From: Nageia nagi
Taxonomy: Eukaryota; Plantae; Pinophyta
Assembly (NCBI GenBank): GCA_050084985.1
Contig: JBITNC010000001.1
Span: 194,060,001-194,124,000 of the forward strand
Reading direction: 5' to 3'
Length of the DNA stretch: 64,000 nt
Shown: piece after piece, positions 24,301-36,300 of the stretch
Layout: each line of letters opens with the position of its first letter
Numbering within the stretch: position 1 is the first letter of the stretch
Program-made: the position numbers and the translations under genes
The notes under the pieces: model-generated
The model's input: only the letters and a program-made list of their open reading frames with translations
Databases searched by the model: none
What the model was told of the DNA's origin: nothing

Positions 24301-27300
24301 TCTTGAAGGCTTTTGGGGCATGATGGGCTAAATCTCCTTCTGCTATGGCCAACCGTAGCTCATGGTTGATCCTCACTCCTTTGATGGTGACCTTTTGTCC
24401 CTTGAAGGTGAAACTTACTTCTTGAGTTTGGAAGTTTGTTTGGACATCTCCCAAAGGATGCACCCATTGAACCCCAATCATAACTTGTTGCAAACTGTCT
24501 TGAAGAAAAACATAGAAATCATCCTCAAGTATGTAGTTTCCCATCTTGATTCTAAGCCTCACTGTGTTGTTGCAAACTGTGTAGTAACCATTGGCATTGG
24601 TCACATATATCCCTTCCACATCCTTGGTGGGCAAGTCCTTTGCTACAAATCCCTTGTCAATGAAGCTCCTTGTTGCTCCATTATCAATCATGACAAGTAT
24701 TTCTTCACCAACGGTTTCTCCTCTAACTTTGATAGAAATGTATGGAGGTAGTTTATTGTTTCCCTCCTCAATCATCTTCATATCTATAAATGATTCCTGA
24801 AAAAATGAGGATCTTGCCTTGCTTGATTAGGCATGTTGGGAGCCCAATTTTCCTTGCCAATTTCGCAGTTTTCCTTTGGCCTTCTTTGGACATGAATCCT
24901 CATCCCTGTATGTGTCTTTTTTGGCCCACCTTCCCTACATCTAGATGGAGATGGTTCAACATGGGTTACCACTTGTTCTTTGGTTTTTCCTTTTTGAGAA
25001 TTCAAACACCTCTTCTTCCTCTTCCCTTGTGATCTCAATGAAGTCTTTGAAGCTAAGTGATGCCTTTATGTCATGAGGAAGAGTAGAATAGGCTTGGACA
25101 AGTTTGTGCACTGTTGTAGTAAGCTTGGAGTCTACCTGATTGCTCATGTTGTCTCCCTCTCTCCAACGTGTGCACCTTTTTTGGTGAATTTTGCCTTTTT
25201 AATCAATTATTGCCACGGAAGCTCTACCAATGTGAAAACCCTTGTTTTGGCCTTCACAATTGTGTTCCGACTGCCAAAGCTCTTTGCAACAAAAGCAAAC
25301 TCAATAGTACCTTGGAAATTTTTGGAGAAAAGCCTCTTCCTTCTACATTCTGAAGGATGCCATGATAGTGTCCTAGCTTCCCACAGATTTCCACTAAGAG
25401 TCTTAGTGCCTCAATTCTTCCTCCCAATCCAAAAGAATTTGCAAGATGCTTGCATCTAGATCTATCTTCAAAAAATTCAAATTATGGCCTCAAAGTGTGG
25501 ACATTAGCCTCTAGTGGAAGAAATGGTGAAAAAAGGTCTCTTCAAACTTCACGAATTCCCTCAAGCTCAGAATTGGGCTTTCCAAAAAACCAACGAAGTG
25601 CCTTCAAGTGCTAGAATGATTCCTAGTGCTCAACGCATGCCTCCTATTCCTCTAGCTGCCCAATGAGCTCCGTGAAAGTGCCACGCAGACCTTCCAACTC
25701 TTTTGTTGATAAACATCAAGCTCTTGCTCCTTGAATTCGAATTTTGGATCTCAAAATTGGTGTGCTCTTCCTCTAACCCAATAGTTGGATTTATAGGCAT
25801 CAAAAGTGATTTGAATTTGTCTTTTTTATACTTGCATCATGCTTTCCCTCCAAAATTCAAATTTTGAGCACAATAAAATGATACCTAAAACATAACACCT
25901 TATCTCTCCTAATTTTAATGAGTGTCAAATTAAAAATAATAAAATATCTTTAAATCAAAATAATTCTATTTTTCTCCAAAATACAAAAACAAAAATATTT
26001 TTTATTTTTCTCAAATATTTTCTCCTTTTTTATTTTCTCCTAAATACAACAAATAAAATATTTTTTTCTTTTTCACCTTATTGCTCCTTAAATTAAATAA
26101 AACTCTCCCTTGGAATAAAAAATGCAAATGAACTCAAACCTCGATTTTAATTCTTTCCATGGTGGATGATTCAATTCAAGTGCCAAATCGAATAAGCTAA
26201 ATGTTCACACAAGCATGGAATGATGTAGAATTAACTCCAAACTTCAACAATATGCCAAGATCCCATACGTCCAAGCTCAAATGATCAGATTTTTGCAAAT
26301 CCACAATGAATTGAGCTTCCTCATCACCCAACGTCTCACTTCTGGCTCTCAAATCTTGACAATATTGGCAAAAATGACCAAACGCCTCTCTTTAAGCTTC
26401 CATTATGCAAATACCAATGCGAAAATATGTCAAATTCAGCGATTTGACTCTTCCTATGGCTCAACGTCCTCTTCCCAGTGACTCCAAACTCCAATTTCTC
26501 AAAAATTTTGGCTTGGATGACCCAACAACCTTGCAGAAGCTATCAGAATCCAGATTCCATGATGAAAATGTCAATGCCTGCAATTTGATGTCACTATGAT
26601 GCAAACGCTCCTCAAAAATGGCCTCGGAATGCCTAAACGATCCTCAAAATGACCTTACAATACCAACGTTAGCCTCAAAATGACCAAACGACCTCAGATC
26701 TAGGCCTCTTAAGTCTCAATGAACCTCCTCTTGGCTCCTTGAACCTCAGATCCAAACAAACAAACCTCAAACTTGATGCAAAATATCAAAACTTTTGAAA
26801 ATAATCACTCACCAAGCTAGACGATCCTCCTTGAAGCTTCAAAATTGAAAATATGGTCAAATTATGACCAACAAACTTGCCAAAAGGGTGAGATCTGACC
26901 TTTAGACCTTCAATGTTGGACTCCCAATGTCTAGATCTAGCGAATTGACTACCATAACTGCAACATCAATCTTCCAAGGATAGAATGCTTCAGATCTCCA
27001 CAATTTTTCGAAACCACGATGATCTCAAGTCAATGCCGCAATGAAATTCATTCCAGATCTTCCAACATGACGATAAGATCTCAGCAAATCCTTCTCTTAC
27101 TCGACAAAAATGGTCAAGATCTCCTCAATAACTTCTCCTTTCTTACCTGACAGAAAAGGGCAAGATCTCAACAAATAATACCATTGTGATATCACTCTGA
27201 CCAGTGAATTGGTATTTCCTTCAGCTAAGCTCAGAAATTCTCCATGTGTGATGCCTTTGATTCTAGCAGGATGACAGAATCAAGGCTCTGATACCACTAT

Positions 27301-30300
27301 GATGATCCCAAATCAACATATCATGCTCAAATGTGCCTTAGGCGAGGGTCGTTTGTCTTCTAGCTCTGGATATAGCCAATTCTACTCAAAAATGCAATAC
27401 TACTCCAACATCTAGCAATAAACGACAGAAATGCAAGTTCGAACCACAAAATACCTCCAAAAACTCAACGAAGGGCTTAAAAAAACATAACAAAAAATAA
27501 ACCATAAATAGCACTTCCATATCCAATGTCCAAGTAGAGATAGAATGATAGCAAAATGTAGACAGAATAAAGTAATTGTATTGAGATAGGAATGGATAAC
27601 CACAATTGCAATATGTTTTTGTGCCTAATGAGCTTACACCAAGGTTGCCTCCAATAGGGGTTTTTGCAGATGGCTCAAGGGCCTCACCAATCGCAGCAAC
27701 AAAAGCAAAGGCCAAGTCCAAGGCTTCCCCACTTCTCTATGATGGAACAATCAAGGTTCCTCTCCCGAATGGTTGGAGTAAGCTCAAGGCTAGCCTTCAA
27801 TCACCTCAAGACCTCAAATGCAAATTGCTCCACAAGTGGCAAAGAAAGAGTTCTCACACTCAGTCCAATAAAAAGGGGTTTAATTATAAATTCAGCATAT
27901 CTTGTGTAATCCAGTAGTCCTCCTTATATAGGAGAGGTAGTCCATCTTCTAATATTCCGTTGAGATGATCTAACAATGCATAATGGTGATCTGTGTGCTT
28001 ATGATGCCAACGTCCAAGATGAAGAGCCTTGGGATGAACATAATCACATTCAAGAGCATAGAAATGCAACATTGGGATGAGGGGCCTTAAGTGTGTCTTG
28101 GTGTCAATGCCATGCACTAGGATTCCTCTAGGAAGGTGACGTGGGGCCTAGGAGTGCCCAGATTTCCAATGTGGGGGTCAAGTCTCCTCCAAATGTCTAA
28201 CGTGGGGCCTGGAATGCCAAATCTGTCCAACGTCCAAGGGTGGGAGTCGTGTGATGTCTCGGGATGCCAAATATCCCTATTGGAATGTCACGTCCAATCT
28301 TGGAAGCTTTCTTCGTGCCTTGTAGTCTGTGTAATCACATAAGTGGGTGCTCTACCTTAATGAAGGGATCACTAATGACAAGAGGACCATCTAATACCAA
28401 TTTACAATCATCAAGGCTAAATATGCAACGTCCCATTAATTGGAGACCAATATTGCACTAACAATCTTAATGGCCTTGGTATCATTAATACAACATTATT
28501 GGCATATTAAGGCACTCAACTATACATAATGAACTAAATAAAGGCCCAATGTTCCATAATTAGAGCATTTAACTAAGTCTATAAGTGGAACATACAATAT
28601 TTGGCCGGAAACTACTAAAATAGAAAAAATCACTCTTAAACTAATGTTCCCATTTATCAATGGTGAAATGGGGAAAACACCATGAAAATGGGGACATTAC
28701 ATTTCAATTTTATTTCAATTTAAGATTGAAATTTAGATCTAATTTTATTTTATAATTAGATCTTGTCTAAGAACATCTAATTTTTAAATCTAACATTGTT
28801 TTTACTAGATGTTAGAATTATAATACTTAAATCTAACATCCTCTTGCTATATGTTAGATTCTTTTTTAGGATTTATTTTTTGTAAAAATGTAAACGAATT
28901 TTGCAATTTTTTAAATTTTTTATTTGCAAAATGTTATATATGAAATTCAAAAAAGGGGAATAGAGAATTTTGTTTTGAATACAAAATTGTTTACATTTAT
29001 AAAAAGGATATTATTTGTTTTTTATTAAAAACATTAAAAAAAGATTATTTGTTTTTTATATTAAAACATATAAATATAATGTTCTTTTATATAGAAATAA
29101 GCAAGCCACCCAAAGGGGCCGCGCCAACCCCCAAAGGGGAGTGAACTCCCCAAGGGGATTGCGACCACCCCAAGGGAGCCACCAAACCCCAAAAGGGGTC
29201 ACGAGCCACCAACGGGGATTGCCAACCCGAAAGGCGGGCGCGAGCCACCCAAGGGGGCCGTGTCACCACCAAGAGGGGCATGAGCCACCCAAGAGGGTTG
29301 CATAACCCCTTTCGAGTAGTTGCGAAGTTGTTTCTTCATACAGGTCCAAATGTAGGTTATGTTGGTTAGTTCCTCTTACCCCACATGGTAGACAGCGCAA
29401 TCATGTTGGATCAGTCTCACAAGCCTCTGCAACTACCCATGCCGACCATTGCCTACCCACTCCTACATCCCCTCTACTTGTACGACAATGATTGGGCAAT
29501 CACTTTTTTTTTAACAAGTGCGAATGTTTGATTCAAACGTTAGTTCCCAATGGGCCGCCACTCCCCAAATGAGCATGGACCACCACACATAAGGGTCGCT
29601 ACCCCCAAGGTGATGCAGCCAACCCAAGGGGATGTAGTGGTGATGAATCCTTTCAATACAGGCTATTTTCAAGGGGATGCAACAATGTCGCTCAAGGTGG
29701 TGTCGGCTTGTCCTAGGATATATGGCAAGGGGGCTTATTCTAGTCTCCCTAAATCTACTTGTGGATAAGACTACAAGGGCAAGTTATGATGCATATGGGG
29801 TGAATGGACGGGCTTTCTTACTCCCAACAATATGGGAGTCCTCCACACATTCGTGCAAAACCATTGTGTGGATTAGGGTTTCAACATAAATCAATATATA
29901 GACAATATAATAGGACTATTTGCAGGTGATGATGGTGTGAGAAGAAAGAGCATGTATAGAATTGAAGCACAATATGATATATGTTTTGTTTGTTATCATC
30001 CCCCAAATGATATGGTTGAAAATGAGCTTACATTTATGTATACAAATGCGAATGAATCTATGCATAATAATAGAGAAGGCAAGCTCCAAACAGTAAAACC
30101 ATTTGTGGATGTTGAATATGGCTTTGATTCCCATCTAAGGAAATGACTTTTAGCTGCTTCTTTATATTTCTACCACAATATGAGTGGCATTTGGACTCCA
30201 AGGGAAGCACGCAACCCCAAGGTTGGACGCAGCCCCTACAAGAGCACACGACCCCTATGGGAGCATGCGGCCCCAACAGAGTGCTCGCGGCCCCTACAAG

Positions 30301-33300
30301 AGCACACAACCCCTATAAGGTAGATGCGACCTAAACGCGACCCCTATGGGAGCATGCGGCCCCAACAAAGTGCTCGCAACCCCTATGGGTGGATGCGACC
30401 CCTACGAGAGCTCACGACCCTCTATTAGGTGTTGATGATGTCCTCTCCTCTCTCATTTGCATTTTTTTAAAAACTTTCGAATTTTTTAAACCTAATTTAC
30501 TGGCATTGTAATAGGCTTGTTTACAATTATGGTTTTATATTTCAAGGTATTATTAGCATTCTGAAGGCACATAAATGAATATATTTGCCTAGTTTAAGAG
30601 AGATAGTTGAAGTTGAAAGGCATCCAATCTCCAAAGACTCTTTTTTTATGGAAATGAGAAGCAATAAATAATATCTAGTGATTCATCTTCATTTTCTTGT
30701 TCATAATTTGAAGAAGCCATACAATTTACTACCCATTGAGATTTATTTCTTAAGTTTGGGTTTGCAAAATACATAGAGAAGTGATAATTATTTTGGTGGG
30801 CATAATTTTTTTTTGTGGTTTGAAACCAATTTATTTATTGATCTTTCAAACGTAGTGAGCAAAATTTATATTTTATCATAAGACCATGTGAACATATCAT
30901 AAAGCTATTACATAAAAAATTGAATGAATGCACATTTATAAAGTATGGTGCACATGGTATGACATAAAATTTAATTGCACATTTATGAGGTGTACATATC
31001 ATAAATTTTATTATGTTGATAATTATTTTGCAAAGCAAATCTTTTGATCAATGCAACAATTTTTTGTATAAATTTTGCAATTATTACAAATTTGTTAAAG
31101 CAAAATCGTTTTGCAAGATTTAACATATTTGGATCAATTTTTAAGAAATTGTAAAAATTATGAAGGTAAAATTTTATTTTTGCAATAATTAATTATGTTA
31201 GAAATTAATTATTTTCAAATATATTGAAGCCATTTTTTTTCAAAATTAAAAAGTTTAAGATTAATTTTTGCAAAATGGTATGTATTTTATGCAACTTTTT
31301 ATGATGGCATCATAACTAAGCTTGGAAGTTTAGATGTGCTTATTTAGTTGATGATAAATTAAAAAAGGGGAGGTTGCATTATGTAGCATTTGTCGATCAA
31401 AAGAGTTATTGTGATTGGATGTGCACATTGTTTGAAACAAAAAATTTATGTAAAATTTCTTCAAACTTTACTATATGCATTATCCTTATTCATTGATTGT
31501 GCACATTTTTAAATATTCTAGGTTGGATGAAAAACTTTGGTTGTGCACATATTCATGTTGGAATGAAATGTTTCTAAACTTTCTCCACATTTAAATTGTT
31601 GTGCACATTTCTTTTGGTAAAATGAAATATTTATCCTCAAAACTTTGGTTGTGCACACATTCTTTTTGGAGTGAAAAGTTTGTAAACTTTCTCCGCATTT
31701 GAATTGTTGTGCACATTGTTTATTGTATTAAAAAAAATTTATCCTCAAAACGTTAATTGTGCACATTAGTTGATATCCATGTTGGAGTGAAAAGTTTATA
31801 AACTTTTTTCACATTCAAATTATTGAGCGCATTGTTTATATTATTTGATCGTTCACAAATGGATATCATGCATATCGCCATTGATTAGTGTGCACAGGTT
31901 GATTTCGTATATCACCATTATTGTTTGTGCACATGTGGATATCTTGCATATCACCTTTATTAATTATGCATTTGTTAAAATTGAATGATTGTGCATTATG
32001 GAAAAAAAAGTTAATACTTAACTTCCAAGCTAATACTTAAGGTTGAAAATACCTTAGTATAAATATTTAATGGTATTTGTAAATATTTTTACCTTGGATA
32101 GATTGATAAATAATCTTATGGAATAGGCAATAAATCAATTTTAAGTCTTGTACGTTTTTGCAAAGATATAAATGATGATGCAAATTAATATTATATATAA
32201 AGCTTTATGTAATTATTGCAAAAATTATATGAATAAAAATTGATGCAATAAATAATACAATTGGATGGATTGTTTGCCATTTTTTGAAGTTAGGTTAATG
32301 AATTATTTACCACATTGTTACTTCCAAATTGAGAAGTTATATCTATGTTTATGGATGTTTGGATTTTTTTTTTAAAAGTTAATATTGATGTCAATCTACT
32401 TTCATGTTTGGAAAGTTTATCCTTGTTTATGTTCTTCATTTTTGCTAAAAAGTTATGGTGGAATGGTTAAAAAAATTCGCCTTTCTCCATGACTACAAAT
32501 CGATGGAGTAGTTAAAAAAGTTTGCCCTTCTCCAAAATTACAAACCGTTGAAGTGGTTAAGAAGGTTCGCCTTTCTCCAAAATCACAATTTTTTGGATTT
32601 ATGCCATTTTACTTTCATTGTCGGGAAGTTTATCCATTATGAATTGATGCCACTTTACTTTTATTGTTGAAAAATATGTTTAATCCATGTTAATGGATTA
32701 GTGCTTCTTTCTTCCATCATATGCATCTTGACTAGATGGCATAGTCAAGTTGGCATTTTGTGACTTATGGCTCGTAAATCTTGACTAGATGGCATAGTCA
32801 AGTTGGCATTTTGTAACTTATAGCTTGTAAATCTTGACTAGGTGGTGTATGTATCTTGAATTGCCATTTTCTTCATCCAGGTTATAGTATTGTTGTTGAA
32901 GACCTTAAACCAACAATTCAACATGTTTATAAATTGATAAAAACGTATGCATCTTGGGTTGGCATTTTCTTCATCTAGGCTATAATATTGTTGGTGGAGA
33001 TCTTAAACCTTCAATTCAACATGTTTATAAATGGATAAGAATGTATGCATCTTAAGATGGAATTTAGTGCTTGTGGCTGTATCTTGACTAGTGGTATGGT
33101 CAAGTTGATGTTTATCGCTATGCGTCTTGATTAGTGGTATGGTCAAGTTGGCAATTGATGTTATTATTTACATTTATGAACTTATTTGATTATTGTCTTA
33201 ATGAAAAGAATATTTATCTTGATTCGTTGATGGCAAGAAAACTATTCTTGGTGATTGCCTTAGTCTTTTGGATAGATTATGATGGCAAAATATTGGCTAC

Positions 33301-36300
33301 TTATGTAAAGCACATTAATGATTGTGTGGTTATATGATACAAAATTATTTTTTCGATAAACACATGTTTCTAAAAATTCAACGGAGAAAATTTTCAAAAA
33401 TTGTTCATCACTTATAATTGACATTGTGTTATTTATAAGCCTCCACATTGATGTAAAATGATTAGACACTTAGTATCCTTTTAATCAATTTCGTGTACAT
33501 AAGCATGAACAACTCAATTAAAAGAGTTGGTGGCATTTACCGCTTCACAAAGTAATGCTTACTGCATAAATAGCAATCGACATACGAACTAAGCGATACA
33601 ATTCTAGTTGTGGTAAACCAATTCTCAACTCACTTACGGTTCTCCCCAAATGAGAGGATTGTACGAGAATATTTATAGATTAATGTTGGGGAGGGTTCAT
33701 CATTGGGATTACATGTCGCTCCTGCTAGGGAAGTTTCGTCATTGAGAGATTTGGCCAATGCTTCGTTAATGGAGCATTCCTATAAGTCTTTCCATGAACT
33801 GTGTTTACGATGTGAAGTTTTCAAGGGCAAAGGGCAGTGGGCGATCAAGCATTTGACATGTTCATTAAGGAGTAAATGAGCTCATTGTTGAGAGAGAAAA
33901 TCTCCTTAAACGTATTACATGAACTAACCGAGGAGTTAGAGACTCTAAGGCTAAATGCCATTGCTTGAGTTCCTCCTATTCCCAAATTTCAGTAAAAGAA
34001 AAGTCTTATTAACCTACAGTGCAATGATTATGCCTATATTAGTTATAAATAAAGGAGACACCCTAAATTTGTATTTGAAATTTGCTTGCTCGGTTTTAAA
34101 TTAATTTGTATGACCCAATAGTAAGGTCAATTGGGTTTCAAATTTTGTTATAGGATCTTATGTGCATAACTGCACTTAAATGAATATGATATTGATTTCA
34201 TATAATGGATGCTTAATTACATAAGACAAGCATATTAAATGATATATGTATCGACGTATGGATAACTTAATCACTTTGGTTCATTTGTTTAAGCCTCTCT
34301 TTTGATGAAGTTGCCCTCAAGGGGGACAATTATTTTGATATGATGTCAACTTGATATAAAAGAATATATGATATCAACTTGCATACAGAAAAGCTACAAA
34401 AAAATAATAAGATCATAACATAAAGTTATATGAACCTATAAATTATCTTAGGATGGTAAAGTTGTCCTTGAAGGGGAGTGTCGTATGAATTCTTGAAGTT
34501 CTTATATACTTCACCTATATCATCTCTTAGGATGGTAAAGTTTTCCTTAAGGGGGAATGAAGTACAAATTCTTTTATTGTATAATCCTTTGATGTACACT
34601 ATTATACTGAGTTTTCCACATGTGAAGAACTTGTTTATGCACTTTGAGGTGTATGATGAACTTTATGTATATTATTTAATTAAACACGTGATGAACTGGT
34701 ATGTGCATCATGATAAACACATATTTTGTTTATATAATAAGTGACTATAGGTTTGCTTAGCATCTTTATGATGACTTATAGTGCAACATTTGATCAATTT
34801 ATGGATGGCATTGTTTAATGTTGAAATGAATGTATGATGCATCTAACTTATCTAGTTTATGAGCTGCTTGTAGCTTGCAAGTTTCTTTCAGAGATTGTAA
34901 GTTACTTCGGGTATGCAGGCTCATGAAGGCTCATCATGTCAACATATTGTTGTATAACTATTACTTGTAAATTATAACCATTTATGGTTGATTATTATTG
35001 TATTGTAAATCATTTCTTCAAATGGTTAAGTAGTTGAGTGTCTTTTATGATCTAAATTCTATTACTTTTCAAGATGTCAAGTTCTTATCTTCGATTTGTA
35101 TTTCTTATGGAGGAAAAGTCTCTTACACTCTCTTTCTATCTTCTCTTATCTCTATCCCAATAGTGCATTAAGAGAGAGTGCTACAACTTATAATGCATTA
35201 TTGTGTAAACAACTTAGGTATATTGGTCCTAATTAATTGAAAATCAAACAAACATATACAGCACCTAAGTTAGGAGGAAAAAGATTTGAAATATTTAGTG
35301 AATTAAGAAAAGGATGTATAAGAAAGGTAGTTGGAAGACTCTCCATCTACCATTCTCACTTAACATAGGAATATGTTTACTCTATGGATGATGGCATTCC
35401 CCGTGGGTAAAAAGATGAGCCAAAGATGTTTTTTTTACCTATAAATAGAGGGTATCCTTCATGTAAGACATACACTTGTAAAAGCATTATCATTTTACTA
35501 GTTTGTTTAGAGATCTAGGTTGATAGAAAGGTTGTAAGAGAGATCTTGAGAAGAAAAGTAATAGATTTAGATTCAACTAGATGTACTCTCTTATAGAGGA
35601 ACCACTATACTTCTTATGTGTCACTTTGTATGATTGATTATCGTTATCTTGAGAGTAAAATGTTATAATAAGTGTTAATTTGTTGGAGTATGCACAAGTG
35701 GTCTTAGTTAAGGAATCCTTCAATTCCTTCAAAAACCACATAGGAATCATGAAACTTCATTCCTTCAACTTTGATTTTCCATCAATAAGATCATAGTTGC
35801 ACACCTAGTGCTTCAGTTAGATCTAACATTAACATTTCCAACAGATCCATTAAATCCATGGACAACCACAGATAAAATTAATAATCAGATGGAATGATTT
35901 CCTTTACAAAAAAGAATCCCGGTAAATATTTTGAAAGGATTGTTTGTTGGGTTTTGAAACTGATTTTCGCGCTCACAAAACATCCTTGAAAAGATCCTTT
36001 AAGCACGATGTGTGTACTTCCTGTAACCAAATTGTCCCTTGTCCAGCCAGGGGTTCCCTACTGTCACCAATAGCAAGTAGCAGACTCTAAGGTGTATCTG
36101 TTGGGCAGGAGTCTAATAAGTGGTTGTCTCCTATAGTCTGTACCCCAAAAACCACACAGAAATAACATCATCAAAAGCTAAAGAAATAGTGGCATGAAAA
36201 AACCCGTCAAGGACTCAGGAACATATCTCTCAAAATGGAAAACAAGCCTCACTAAATTTCAAAAGGATTTGAAAACAGGAAATTTCTTTCCATAATATGA

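Larger units (their letters stand above)
22547..35731 (+). mobile_element. Non-autonomous (LARD-like) LTR element related to copia A/B (element C), in the last LSM7 intron
   Basis: LTR copies at 22547-about 22897 (truncated) and 35179-35731 have termini TGTTAGAA...TTCCTTCA like element A. TSD AAAAC (22542-22546, 35732-35736). The pre-PPT region 35080-35178 is homologous to A 4823-4920. No recognisable gag/RT/RH. Confidence 0.85.
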
